Shown here: piece after piece, positions 20,475 through 30,758 of the stretch
Numbering within the stretch: position 1 is the stretch's first letter
Layout of the letters: every line of letters begins with the position of its first letter
NCBI GenBank assembly: GCA_963845065.1
Contig: CAWJQQ010000007.1
Location: 62,988-126,987 of the forward strand
Direction of reading: 5' to 3'
DNA from: Nitrospirota bacterium
Lineage (GTDB): Bacteria > Nitrospirota > UBA9217
Length of the DNA stretch: 64,000 nucleotides
Program-made: the position numbers and the translations under genes
The notes under the pieces: generated by a model
The model's input: only the letters and a program-made list of their open reading frames with translations
The model's database searches: none
Told to the model about the DNA's origin: nothing

Positions 20475-21338
20475 CTAATCAACCAGGATGATCACTCTGC
20501 ATTTTTCGAGCATGCTCAGATTCTGAGAGGCGCTCTGGAGTGCTGCGGCATCTGCGTTGCTGATAACCGTGTCTACGCGTGCATCGCCGGATACTTTGAT
20601 TGCTTTCACTATCATCGGTTTGTCCGTAACGCGGGGGTTTGTCTGAGCAGCTGCCGGATCCTTTAGATACCCGACCATGCCTTCTCGTACAGCATAGTCC
20701 CTATTGATCCATGCCGACCCGTACACTTCTTTGCCATCTTCATTCAGGATTTTCGGCGCCATGGCTGGCCTTACGCCGAGTCCCCTTGCATCGACGATCA
20801 AACCTGTATAGAGCTGACCCTGTGCTTGTGGTGTCCCACCAGGAATTGTTGCAAGTGTCGGCGGCATTGCAGATCCCTTAGGTAAAAGGGTGTCAGCAAG
20901 AGCGCCCGTAATCCTCATCCCAATCGTGACCTCTACTGAACCGTCAGACATGTATTTTTTATCGATAGGCATTGCACCTTGGATAAAACCACTCACTTCC
21001 GTTTTGATGATATCGCTGGACACCATGAAATTCTCCACGGTCGTAGTAGAATCTACTGTAACTCCTTTTACTGCTTCAAGCAGGTTCCGCAAGGCAACTA
21101 CCTGCGCTGCCCGTTCTGCCATTGCCCGCGCTTGAGCGGCATTTGCAGATTGAGCAGGAGGCGCACCGATTCCTACAGCCGTAATCATACCTGTGGTCCA
21201 GTCAACCTTCCCTGTTGAGCCTACCGACTGTTCAACATCCGAGACTGTGCCTGCTAGTTGAGCTGATGCGATGCCCGCAACAACCATCAGCAGAGCCGCA
21301 CAAATGAGTGCTAAAATGACCGATTTCTTCAACAACAT
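20475..21338 (-). CDS. LPP20-like exported protein
   Basis: Signal peptide ASA/Q; motifs shared with 16687-17688. Confidence 0.72.
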   Translation of the reverse strand: MLLKKSVILALICAALLMVVAGIASAQLAGTVSDVEQSVGSTGKVDWTTGMITAVGIGAPPAQSANAAQARAMAERAAQVVALRNLLEAVKGVTVDSTTTVENFMVSSDIIKTEVSGFIQGAMPIDKKYMSDGSVEVTIGMRITGALADTLLPKGSAMPPTLATIPGGTPQAQGQLYTGLIVDARGLGVRPAMAPKILNEDGKEVYGSAWINRDYAVREGMVGYLKDPAAAQTNPRVTDKPMIVKAIKVSGDARVDTVISNADAAALQSASQNLSMLEKCRVIILVD

Positions 21339-21720
21339 GGTAAACCTCCTTTTTTCTAAAATAGTGATGTATTTTTTTTAAGTGGATGTGTCAAACTCGA
21401 GAGAATAACGTTTTTACCTCTGTTAAGTCCGTGTACGAGATATAGTTAATTCTTAACAATAACAAAAAAAAGCCGTTTCAGTCAAGGTAATATTCACATC
21501 AAGAAGTGCCACGTGTATGTAGTCAGAGCAAGTTAGGGTCTTCTCTGTAAATGCGTGGAAAAGTAAGACGTTTTTTCGAGTTGTGCTAAATTTTTAAAAC
21601 TATACCTAAGCATCGCGTAATTGTCAAAATTATGAAACCTTTATATCAACCAAAAATAGAAATGTCCGGTTTTAGGAATCCAAGTTAGGTTATTCCCTTG
21701 TTCTTCGATTTCAATAACTT

Positions 21721-23268
21721 TCATGGGTTCGGCACGATGAGGCTCTTCCCAGTCATTTCCGTTGGGATACTGATCCCCATCAGATCGAGGACCGTTGGAG
21801 CAACGTCTGCTAGAATTCCACTTTTTCTGAGCTTTAGTTTCTTGGTCGAGACGACAAAGGGAACGGGGTCAGTCGTGTGTGCCGTATGAGGCTGGCCCGT
21901 CGTCTGATCGGACATCATTTCGATATTTCCGTGGTCGGCGGTAATAAGCACGTGTGCCTCGGCCTGTTCAGCTGCACGCAGCACGCGTCCCAGACATTCG
22001 TCGATCACTTCTACTGCCTTTACAGCAGCACTAAGAATCCCAGTATGGCCGACCATGTCCGGGTTAGCATAGTTTACAAGGATGAACCCGTATCTGTTCG
22101 ATGTGATGCGTTCTACAAGCTTATTAGTGATTTCCCGAGCGCTCATTTCTGGCTTTTGATCATATGTGGCGACATCGCGCGGCGAGGGAACCAAAACTCG
22201 ATCCTCTAGCGGAAAGGGCGGCTCTTCTCCACCGTTAAAAAAAAAGGTGACATGAGCATATTTTTCCGTCTCAGCAATACGTAGCTGCTGAACGCCTCGA
22301 TTGCTCAGAACTTCACCGAGGATATGTGTCAGGCGTATCGGCCTGAAAGCAACAGGGAGATCGAATGTTGCATCATAAGTCGTAAGGCACACAAACATCG
22401 AAAGTTTCGGTATCAACGGGCGTTTGAAACCCTTGAACTCAGGGTCGGTCATTGCCCTGGTTATCTCCCGTGCACGGTCGGAGCGGAAATTGCAGAAGAT
22501 GACCACATCGCTATTCCGGACCGTGGCAACCTGTTTGCCTGTTTTCTTGTCGATTAGCACAGCGGGGAGCATGAATTCGTCTGTACGATCGTGTTCGTAG
22601 CTCTGTTGTATTGCCTCAACAGCGGAAAATTTCCGGATGCCTTCACCAGTTATAATGGCATCATAGGCTTTCTGAATACGCTCCCATCGCTTATCGCGAT
22701 CCATGGCGTAATATCGGCCAGAGACTGTTGCAATCTTGCCGATGCCGATTTTGGAGAAATGTTCTTCCATGTGTTTGACATATTGGATTGCGCTGGACGG
22801 TGGCGTATCTCGTCCGTCAAGAAAGGCATGAAAAAAAACTTTTGTGACCCCTTGAGCTTTCGCCATATCTAGCATCGCTAAAATATGGTCCATCCTGCTG
22901 TGTACGCCTCCATCCGACAAAAGCCCCATGAGGTGAAGTGACGTCTGTTTTTCCTTGACAGTCAGCATGGCAGAGAGCAGTACGGGATTTTGAAAAAAAT
23001 CATTGTCACGAATCGCTTTACTAATGCGCGTCGAGTCCTGGTAGACGATCCTCCCCGCTCCTAGGTTTAAGTGACCGACTTCGGAATTGCCCATCTGGCC
23101 ATCAGGCAAACCGACAGCCTCGCCCGCCGCCAAAAGCTCTGTATGTGGGTATTCGGCGATGAGGTTTTTATATATTGGAGCCTTCGCTTCTGCTATTGCG
23201 TTTCCCTTAATATTCTTGTTAACGCCCCAACCATCCAGGACAAGCAACACTACCGGTGTGATCGCCAT
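21721..23268 (-). CDS. gpmI: 2,3-bisphosphoglycerate-independent phosphoglycerate mutase
   Basis: LDGWG, GNSEVGH, DGRDTPP, AETEKYAH, DMVGHTG, TADHGN. Confidence 0.98.
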   Translation of the reverse strand: MAITPVVLLVLDGWGVNKNIKGNAIAEAKAPIYKNLIAEYPHTELLAAGEAVGLPDGQMGNSEVGHLNLGAGRIVYQDSTRISKAIRDNDFFQNPVLLSAMLTVKEKQTSLHLMGLLSDGGVHSRMDHILAMLDMAKAQGVTKVFFHAFLDGRDTPPSSAIQYVKHMEEHFSKIGIGKIATVSGRYYAMDRDKRWERIQKAYDAIITGEGIRKFSAVEAIQQSYEHDRTDEFMLPAVLIDKKTGKQVATVRNSDVVIFCNFRSDRAREITRAMTDPEFKGFKRPLIPKLSMFVCLTTYDATFDLPVAFRPIRLTHILGEVLSNRGVQQLRIAETEKYAHVTFFFNGGEEPPFPLEDRVLVPSPRDVATYDQKPEMSAREITNKLVERITSNRYGFILVNYANPDMVGHTGILSAAVKAVEVIDECLGRVLRAAEQAEAHVLITADHGNIEMMSDQTTGQPHTAHTTDPVPFVVSTKKLKLRKSGILADVAPTVLDLMGISIPTEMTGKSLIVPNP

Positions 23269-23354
23269 GCAAACTCCTTACAGAAAAAAATCAACAATAC
23301 TGAAATTAATATGTGCAAGACTACCCAAGCCCTGAAACGTTTGATTTTTCTGGA

Positions 23355-23473
23355 GTGAAACTCCCCCAACGGGAGTTGGGGGCTTCTTTAGTTGTTATAT
23401 GCAACAATCTTGTATGAGCCCTGCGGGCTACTGCTTTATCACTAGACGGGAGTCTGGTGTTTTTTCCGGCTCA
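23355..23473 (-). mobile_element. IS200/IS605-derived MITE, about 119 bp
   Basis: Two hairpins sharing the loop CGGGAG; minus-strand right end GAAG-hairpin-TCAC, left end preceded by TTTAT. Confidence 0.7.
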
Positions 23474-23543
23474 ATAAAAGGAAATTCGAATAGTTGTATT
23501 CTTGATTTAATGGTTTTTGATATTATTGATTGTATTAACCGCG

Positions 23544-24878
23544 CTAACAAGTCTTTTCGAGATTTATCCCGAAGGTGTTCCATTTGCCACAGTTCGTACA
23601 CCGGCCCGACCAGTCAGTGGTCCGGAGTTCGCAATTTGAACATACATAGGAAATGATTATCTGTTTTTTGAAACCAAGCGCTTTTTTGAATTCCGATGCG
23701 GCCAGTCCCAGAGAACCGCGGCGAAGATAGATGTTCCCCAGCAGTTTGTGCACGTCGGAAAAATCTTTGTCCCCCCAATCTACAGTGGATAGAATTTCGA
23801 AGGCCTCATCGATCATTTCGAGACGGTAATAGAGTTTGCCCAGAAAAAACTTCAGCGAACTGTCCTGCGGTTTCCAATGCACAGCTTGCGTGTATATTTC
23901 AATGGCTTTTCCAGGCTCTCCTTGTCTGAGGTACAAATCTTCCAGCCGCAGAAGGAGCAGATTCGAGGAAGTTATTTTGTATGCCTTTTCCCACAATTCA
24001 GCCGCATCAATGACCTTTCCTTCTTCGAGATATACTTCGCCTAGACCGAGAAATGCAGGGATAAAGTCTTTGTCAAGTTTGATCACGCCACGGAATACTT
24101 TCCTTGACCGCTCCAGATCGCCAGCTTCGAGTAAGGATCGACCCATCTCATACCTAAAGCCGACAAGCCTCCGGTGTTCGACCTCTTGCTCTGACGGCAG
24201 GAGGGGGCCTGACAGGAGTTTCCGCTGGGTATCGGACAGCTCATCCCATTGATTCAGACGTTGGTACAGGTCGCGCATTTTGATGAGAGCAGTCAGATTG
24301 GAAGAATCCTTCGAGAGAATCTTCGAGTACATGGCAAGAGCATCTTCGAAACGTTTTGCTTCTTCATAATCGGCTGCGAGCGAAAACATCACTTCCTGGT
24401 TGTCGGGATCGAGACTCAGGGCTTTTTGGTGGAGAAGAATAGCTTCCTGCGGATTCTTTTCACGGAGCTGACTGATTCCCATGCGCAGCAATGTGTTTAC
24501 ATGGTTCGGGTCTATAGCAAGCACTTTTTGAAAGAAGGTCAATGCTTCTGCGTTCCGCTTAGCGAGAAGCGAGTTCAGTCCTCTGGTGTAGAGTTCCTGG
24601 ATTTTTAGTCTTTTTTTCTGTTCACGTTGAACCCGGAGTCCGCGCATGAACCGTTTTACGTCGCGTAAGAGATAAAGAAAAAATACTATACCACCGCCGA
24701 TCGCGAGGGTAAGCAGGATAAAAGTGGATTTTGAAATATCGTAAGACTTCGATGGAAGGAGATTAACGGTGATTATGCCGGGATTAAATTCCCGCAGCAG
24801 CATGACTACAATCACGAGAGTAATCAACAACACAGTAACGATGAATCTCATCCATATTCCTTTCTTAACAATAGCCAT
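23544..24878 (-). CDS. lapB: LPS assembly protein LapB-like with LapA-like N-terminal membrane hairpin
   Basis: Two N-terminal TM segments, TPR array, C-terminal rubredoxin YVCSNC..RCTNCGKWNT. Confidence 0.8.
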   Translation of the reverse strand: MAIVKKGIWMRFIVTVLLITLVIVVMLLREFNPGIITVNLLPSKSYDISKSTFILLTLAIGGGIVFFLYLLRDVKRFMRGLRVQREQKKRLKIQELYTRGLNSLLAKRNAEALTFFQKVLAIDPNHVNTLLRMGISQLREKNPQEAILLHQKALSLDPDNQEVMFSLAADYEEAKRFEDALAMYSKILSKDSSNLTALIKMRDLYQRLNQWDELSDTQRKLLSGPLLPSEQEVEHRRLVGFRYEMGRSLLEAGDLERSRKVFRGVIKLDKDFIPAFLGLGEVYLEEGKVIDAAELWEKAYKITSSNLLLLRLEDLYLRQGEPGKAIEIYTQAVHWKPQDSSLKFFLGKLYYRLEMIDEAFEILSTVDWGDKDFSDVHKLLGNIYLRRGSLGLAASEFKKALGFKKQIIISYVCSNCELRTTDWSGRCTNCGKWNTFGINLEKTC

Positions 24879-24923
24879 TGAAGCGGTTTTACAGTGTAGA
24901 CAGCTAAGTCCTATCTGTTGATA

Positions 24924-25394
24924 TCAATAGTGGTAGGTCTTCCCCGTGATGATCGTAAATGCACGGTATAACTGCTCGAGCAACACGAGCCTCGCCATTT
25001 CATGGGTCATGGTCCAACGAGAAAGTGCAATATTTTTATTCGCTTTCGCCAAGATACTCTCATCAAGGCCCATGGCGCCGCCAATCACGAAGGCTATTTC
25101 CTTGACTCCCGATTCCAGCATTCCATTGATAACTGTTGCGAATTCATGAGAGGTGAACTCTTGCCCTCGCTCGTCCATGGCGGCAATAAAAACGTTTTTC
25201 GACATAGTTTTAAAGATTCGCTCCGCTTCTTTCTTCCTAATGAGTGGCGCATCTTTGAGGTCGTGAATCTTCTCTTCTTTAAGTTCTTTGATTTCTAAAT
25301 CAACATAGGGCTTCAGGTACCGCATATATTTTCCGATTCCTTCATGGATGAAATGCTCCCGTGTTTTCCCCATGCAGACAATTGTCAACTTCAC
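24924..25394 (-). CDS. rlmH: 23S rRNA pseudouridine-1915 N3-methyltransferase
   Basis: FVIGGAMGL, HEMARLVLLEQLYRA, YHY; next to rsfS. Confidence 0.96.
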   Translation of the reverse strand: MKLTIVCMGKTREHFIHEGIGKYMRYLKPYVDLEIKELKEEKIHDLKDAPLIRKKEAERIFKTMSKNVFIAAMDERGQEFTSHEFATVINGMLESGVKEIAFVIGGAMGLDESILAKANKNIALSRWTMTHEMARLVLLEQLYRAFTIITGKTYHY

Positions 25395-25768
25395 GTCGGT
25401 ACGCCTTGTAGTGCACTCTGAGGTGCACCAAGGGGTATTCGTGGCGCATCTCCCCAGAGTTTTTCGAGACAGTAGTATGCCCTAGTTTGTTGATTGAAAA
25501 TATGAATCACGATATCGCCGTAGTCCATGAGCAACCAACTGGCCTCTGTCTCACCTTCCATGTGGGAAGGGTGGACACCTGCTTCTGCGAGGGCCTGAGT
25601 TATGCCGTCCGCAATTGCCACAACCTGCGACGAATTGCTCGCCGAGCAGATGATGAAGTAATCGGTGATGGATGTCAGACTGCGCAGATCGAGGATCAGT
25701 ATATCAAAAGCCTTTTTATTGTCCGCTGCTTCTGCTGATAGCTGTGCAGCTTCTAAAGAATTAAGCAT
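25391..25768 (-). CDS. rsfS: Ribosome silencing factor
   Basis: KKAFDI..LD, DYFIICS, WLLMDYGDIVIHIF, Y.LEKLW. Confidence 0.96.
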   Translation of the reverse strand: MLNSLEAAQLSAEAADNKKAFDILILDLRSLTSITDYFIICSASNSSQVVAIADGITQALAEAGVHPSHMEGETEASWLLMDYGDIVIHIFNQQTRAYYCLEKLWGDAPRIPLGAPQSALQGVPT

Positions 25769-26435
25769 AGAGTTTGTTATTAATTATATAGGTTTCAACC
25801 AGTTCAGGCAAGAGATATTTGATACTTCTTCCCTCTTTGACTCTTCTACGAATGTCCGTCGATGATATATCATAGAGGGGGATCATCTCCATATATACAG
25901 TGAATGTCCCTGCATGAATTTCGACATGCATGCGATGTCCACGGTCTAGTTCGATCACCTGAGACTCAGCTGGTCTCAAGAACGCGATCTTCAGGAGATC
26001 GGCGAATCGATAGCCTGGCCGAGACAATACTACAAATGTGCATAAGCTTAATAGCCACTCCCAGCGGTTCCAGGTCTGTATCTCAAGGAAAGAATCTACT
26101 CCGGTTATAAAATACAGTTCAGCGTCCGGATACATCTTTTTGAGAAATATAATCGTATCGATTGTAAACGACTTCCCCCCTCGTTTGATCTCGATATCAG
26201 AGGGTTCGAACATCGAATTCTCCATTGTGGCAATACGAACCATTTCCATGCGGTGTGCAGCAGAAGGGACGTCATCCTCCTGTTTGTGGGGAGGGTGAAA
26301 AGAAGGGATAAATAGGACCCGGTCCAGTTTCAACCGTTCCCGGACTTCTTCAGCCGCAGCAAGGTGACCATAATGTATCGGATTAAATGTTCCGCCAAGG
26401 ATCCCGAGTCGCAGAGTCAAACCATCTCCGATCAA
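25761..26435 (-). CDS. nadD: Nicotinate-nucleotide adenylyltransferase
   Basis: GGTFNPIHYGH, ISSTDIR. Confidence 0.97.
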   Translation of the reverse strand: MIGDGLTLRLGILGGTFNPIHYGHLAAAEEVRERLKLDRVLFIPSFHPPHKQEDDVPSAAHRMEMVRIATMENSMFEPSDIEIKRGGKSFTIDTIIFLKKMYPDAELYFITGVDSFLEIQTWNRWEWLLSLCTFVVLSRPGYRFADLLKIAFLRPAESQVIELDRGHRMHVEIHAGTFTVYMEMIPLYDISSTDIRRRVKEGRSIKYLLPELVETYIINNKLYA

Positions 26436-26507
26436 TTACGAATTTCGGCATATGATGAAAGCATAACAATTCGTAAATACGCCAGCTCTCCAATGGTGAG
26501 TTCCGCA

Positions 26508-27764
26508 TTATTTTCTGATCTGCCCATTACCAAACACGATGAACTTAGTAGAAGTCAGCTCTTCCAACCCCATGGGGCCGCGGGCGTGAATACGCGTTGT
26601 CGAGATGCCGATCTCGGCACCGAGGCCGAACTCAAAACCGTCGTTCAACCGCGTGGATGCGTTCACAAAAACTGCAGATGCATCCACCTCGCGCTGAAAC
26701 CGAAGCGCATTCTGATAACTATTCGTTACGATCGCCTCGGAGTGCTGGGACCCATGAGCGGCAATATGCGCCATTGCCTCTTCCATGTTCGCGACGGTCT
26801 TAACATTTAGAATCAGATCATTGTACTCGGTGTCCCAGTCTTTGTCATTTGCAATGGCAATATCTGATACGATTTCCCTGGTTCTGTCACATCCACGGAT
26901 CTCTACACCTGCCTTTTTCATCCTTCCTAGGATTGCGGGCAGGAATGCCCTAGCCACGTCCTGGTGGATGAGCATGGTCTCCATTGCATTGCAGGTGCCG
27001 GGCCTTTGAACCTTCGCATTAAAACAGATTTCGTCTGCCATAGGAAGATCTGCCTTGTTGTCCACGTAGACGTGACATATTCCTTTGTCATGCTTTATAA
27101 CGGGGATGGTCGAGTTTTCCGAAACCATGTGGATCAAGCCTTCGCCGCCCCGGGGGATGATGAGGTCGATGTACTGGTTGAGTTTCAACATTTCCATGAC
27201 ACAGTCCCGGTCCGGGTTTTCGATGAACGATACAGCTCCTTCCGGGATACCCGTCTCAGCACCTGCCTTCGAAAGGATTGCGGCAATCGCAGTGTTGGAA
27301 TGAACAGCTTCAGAACCGCCGCGCAATAAAACGCCATTACCGGATTTTAGACAGAGTGCCGCGGAATCAACGGTCACGTTTGGCCTTGATTCATAGATGA
27401 TACCGATAAGCCCGATAGGAACGCGCATTCGCCCTACTTCCATGCCGTTCGGTCTCCGCCACATCTTGAGAACTTCGCCCACAGGGTCAGGAAGAGAAGC
27501 CACTTCCCGCAGTCCGTTCGACATTGCCATAATGCGGTCATCGTTTAAGGTTAGCCGGTCTATCATGGACGCTGAGAGTCCTTTTTTTTCGGCTTCTGAA
27601 AGGTCCTTCCGGTTCTCAGAAATGAGTTTTGCTGCTTCCTTCTCAATATCTGTTGCCATTTTTATCAGTGATAAATTTTTGATCTCAGTTGAGATGTTGG
27701 CTAGCTTCCGCGATGCCGCTTTGGCTTTTAAAGCCTTTTCGAAAACGTATTGTTTGATGCTCAC
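26508..27764 (-). CDS. proA: Gamma-glutamyl phosphate reductase
   Basis: IYESRPNVT, PRGG, CNAMET, NASTR, GAEIGIST..HARGPMGL. Confidence 0.98.
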   Translation of the reverse strand: MSIKQYVFEKALKAKAASRKLANISTEIKNLSLIKMATDIEKEAAKLISENRKDLSEAEKKGLSASMIDRLTLNDDRIMAMSNGLREVASLPDPVGEVLKMWRRPNGMEVGRMRVPIGLIGIIYESRPNVTVDSAALCLKSGNGVLLRGGSEAVHSNTAIAAILSKAGAETGIPEGAVSFIENPDRDCVMEMLKLNQYIDLIIPRGGEGLIHMVSENSTIPVIKHDKGICHVYVDNKADLPMADEICFNAKVQRPGTCNAMETMLIHQDVARAFLPAILGRMKKAGVEIRGCDRTREIVSDIAIANDKDWDTEYNDLILNVKTVANMEEAMAHIAAHGSQHSEAIVTNSYQNALRFQREVDASAVFVNASTRLNDGFEFGLGAEIGISTTRIHARGPMGLEELTSTKFIVFGNGQIRK

Positions 27765-27793
27765 TGCTACCTCCGGAAAATGAAAAGAAGCGA

Positions 27794-28303
27794 TTAATGT
27801 AAAAGAATGTCTGCACTATTTCTCAATGCTTGTGCGCTGCTGATCTCGCCATAAATAACATGCTTGACTTTCCCGTCGCTCCCGATAAAAAACGTAACCG
27901 GTAGGAACCGGATCTGATACAGTTCGCTAACTTTACCATCTAGATCGCTCAAAGCAATCAGTTTATCCACTTTTAAACTGGCAAGCAGCGCATTGATTGA
28001 TTCAAAATTTTCTTTTACTCCGACAATAACTATCCTTACGCTTTTGCTCTTCAATTCATCGGCAAGTGAGTTGACTATCGGCAATTCGTCTCTGCAGACG
28101 ACGCACCAGGACGCGAAAAAACTAATAATGACGCCATTTATCTTTTCCTTACTCTTCGCACTTATGACATCACTCAAATAAAAATCGTTACCTGAGCTGT
28201 CACGCAAGGAAAAGGTTGGAGCAGTGTCATTCGGCTTGAGTGCAGCAAATGCCGAAGATGCCAACAATAAAATTGCAAAAACAGTATTGACTATTATTTT
28301 CAT
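27794..28303 (-). CDS. Exported TlpA/ResA-like thioredoxin-fold redoxin
   Basis: Signal peptide AFA/A; APTFSL, FFASWCVVCRDELP, LPVTFFI. Confidence 0.88.
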   Translation of the reverse strand: MKIIVNTVFAILLLASSAFAALKPNDTAPTFSLRDSSGNDFYLSDVISAKSKEKINGVIISFFASWCVVCRDELPIVNSLADELKSKSVRIVIVGVKENFESINALLASLKVDKLIALSDLDGKVSELYQIRFLPVTFFIGSDGKVKHVIYGEISSAQALRNSADILLH

Positions 28304-28322
28304 GGCAAAAATATAATTCTCC

Positions 28323-29465
28323 TCAGAGAACCACCAAGTCGTCACGGTGGATTACTTCGTCATAATCCTTGTGGCCCAGGACTGTAGATATTTGCGATGT
28401 TTTAAGACCTTTAATCAGCTCCAACTCTCCAGCAGAGTACTTAACCAGCCCGCGCGCAAAAGCAGTACCGGCACGATCCACACAGGTTACGCAATCGCCG
28501 ATTTTGAAATTTCCTTCCACTGCGACAATTCCGCCTGGCAGAAGACTCTTGCCTTTGTGCATAAGCGCCTCCCTCCCTCCATCGTCAATCATGAGGCGAC
28601 CAGATGAAGTTACATTATAGGCGATCCAGTGTTTCCGACTGTCCTGTTTATCAAGCTTTGGCAGAAATAGCGTGCCAACTTCCTTGCCTTCGAAAAGCGC
28701 TGGTAGCACACCACTCTTTTTCCCATTCACAATCACCATGGGTGCTCCATAGGCCCCGACTTTCCTTGCGGTCAAGATCTTAGAACGCATTCCTCCTGTA
28801 CCGACCTGCGAATGTGTGTCCCCTGCTCCCCGCTCGATTTCAGAAGTAATTTTCTCGACGATTGTAATCAACTCGGCAGAAGGATCGAACTCCGGATCTG
28901 CAGTGAAGAGACCGTCGACATCGGAAAGAATCACGAGAAGGTCTGCATCCGCTAGGTGCACGACCATGCCGGAAAGATTGTCATTATCTCCGAACCTGAT
29001 CTCGTCAACCGAGACTGTGTCGTTTTCATTGATAATAGGAACAACTCCGTAATCCAGGAGAGTCTGGAGTGTACTTCTCGCGTTAAGGAAGCGTGTCCGG
29101 TTTGAAAGGTCTTCGCGTGTGAGAAGTACTTGGGCGACTTTATGCCCATGTGCACCGAAGGTTTTCTCGTACATCCACATGAGGCTCGATTGACCGACCG
29201 ATGCCGCCGCCTGTTTGAGTGAAAGTGGCATGGCTCTTTTTTTCTTCAAGCCCAGCTTTGCCAGGCCTGCGGCTATCGCGCCTGATGATACAAGGATGAC
29301 CTGGCGTCCCTGGCTCATTATAGTTGAAATGTCTGCTGTTAGACGCTCGATGCGACCCTGGTCCAGTCCCTGTCCTGAGGACGTGAGGACAGCACTGCCT
29401 ACCTTTATCACGATGCGGCGAGCCTTGGAAAAGATTATTTTTCTGCTTGTTCCAACGTTTATCAT
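28323..29465 (-). CDS. proB: Glutamate 5-kinase
   Basis: IVIKVGS, VSSGAIAAG, INENDTV, FGDNDNL, GTGGMRSK, PUA domain. Confidence 0.98.
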   Translation of the reverse strand: MINVGTSRKIIFSKARRIVIKVGSAVLTSSGQGLDQGRIERLTADISTIMSQGRQVILVSSGAIAAGLAKLGLKKKRAMPLSLKQAAASVGQSSLMWMYEKTFGAHGHKVAQVLLTREDLSNRTRFLNARSTLQTLLDYGVVPIINENDTVSVDEIRFGDNDNLSGMVVHLADADLLVILSDVDGLFTADPEFDPSAELITIVEKITSEIERGAGDTHSQVGTGGMRSKILTARKVGAYGAPMVIVNGKKSGVLPALFEGKEVGTLFLPKLDKQDSRKHWIAYNVTSSGRLMIDDGGREALMHKGKSLLPGGIVAVEGNFKIGDCVTCVDRAGTAFARGLVKYSAGELELIKGLKTSQISTVLGHKDYDEVIHRDDLVVL

Positions 29466-29500
29466 ATTATATTCTATTTCGAAAGACTGATCAGGTAATT

Positions 29501-30580
29501 CTATACCTGATTTTTCTCAGCAGGAGCTGAAACCTCCAGATCCTTGTTCCCTGCGTTTTGACCATTTTCTCTCAAGTCCCTTTCCTCTACCACTGTGTCC
29601 CCAAGGAAGTTAAGAAGTGGTTGCAAACCTGCACCTGATACTGCTGAGATCGGGAAAAAAGTATATCCATTTTTTTGACAGTATGTAGTTAATTCATCTA
29701 ACTTCTCATGGTCTGCTGCATCGATCTTAGTCGCAGCCACTGCCATGGGTTTTTTCAATAATGCATCGCTGTATAATTCAAGCTCTTTATTGATCTTTTG
29801 GAAATTTTCTACAGGGTCGCCGGGCACAATGCCTGACACATCCACCATATGGAGTAGGATTGACGTCCGCTCAATGTGACGCAGGAATTCAAAACCAAGT
29901 CCTGCGCCTTTGTGGGCATTCTCAATAAGACCGGGGATGTCGGCGACCACAAAGCTTCGCCTGCCTTCCGGCTTCACTACTCCGAGTACTGGGGACAACG
30001 TGGTAAAAGGATAATCTGCGATCTTGGGCTTGGCTGCCGAGATACGCGAGATGAGTGTGGATTTGCCGGCATTCGGAAAGCCGACCAGACCCACGTCCGC
30101 AAGTAGTTTCAGCTCAAGAAACAGCCACTGCTCTTCTCCAGGTTCACCGGGCTGCGCATGACGTGGAGCCTGGTTCGTCGCTGTTTTAAAAAAAGCGTTC
30201 CCTTTGCCTCCCCTGCCTCCTTTTGCTATGATGTATGTCATTCCATCGGTATCAAGATCAATTATGACCGTCCGTGTCTCTGCATCGTACACGATGGTGC
30301 CTACAGGAACGCGAATGATGGTATCTTTTCCATCAGCGCCGGACTGCTCTTTGCCGCGGCCTTGCTCACCTTTTTCGGCATAATAATGCTGCTGGTACTT
30401 GAGGTCTATTAGCGTTCCCAGCTGTCTGTCGGCAACAAGAACAATGTCAGCTCCTTTGCCGCCATCTCCGCCATTAGGCCCGCCACGAGGCACATAGGCT
30501 TCACGCCGGAAGCTCACACAACCGGCCCCTCCGTGACCCGCACGCACCTCGATCTTTACTCGGTCGATAAAGTTTGACAT
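29501..30580 (-). CDS. obgE: GTPase Obg
   Basis: Gly-rich Obg fold, GFPNAGKST, YPFTT, DIPGLI. Confidence 0.98.
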   Translation of the reverse strand: MSNFIDRVKIEVRAGHGGAGCVSFRREAYVPRGGPNGGDGGKGADIVLVADRQLGTLIDLKYQQHYYAEKGEQGRGKEQSGADGKDTIIRVPVGTIVYDAETRTVIIDLDTDGMTYIIAKGGRGGKGNAFFKTATNQAPRHAQPGEPGEEQWLFLELKLLADVGLVGFPNAGKSTLISRISAAKPKIADYPFTTLSPVLGVVKPEGRRSFVVADIPGLIENAHKGAGLGFEFLRHIERTSILLHMVDVSGIVPGDPVENFQKINKELELYSDALLKKPMAVAATKIDAADHEKLDELTTYCQKNGYTFFPISAVSGAGLQPLLNFLGDTVVEERDLRENGQNAGNKDLEVSAPAEKNQV

Positions 30581-30701
30581 GTACTGTCTCTATCCCTCTT
30601 GCTTACCTTCTTTTAACGATAAAAGGGAGATTTGAACAATTATTTCAATGAATTATACTTTTATACGTATGAAAATGCAAGCCAGATCAACTTTTGAAAA
30701 C

Positions 30702-30731
30702 AAAAAAAAGCGGCATAGACAACTATGCCGC
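30702..30731 (-). terminator. Terminator after rpmA
   Basis: GCGGCATAG/CTATGCCGC stem with T8 tail. Confidence 0.85.
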
Positions 30732-30758
30732 CTCGGATACAAATCCTACTTGCTAACG

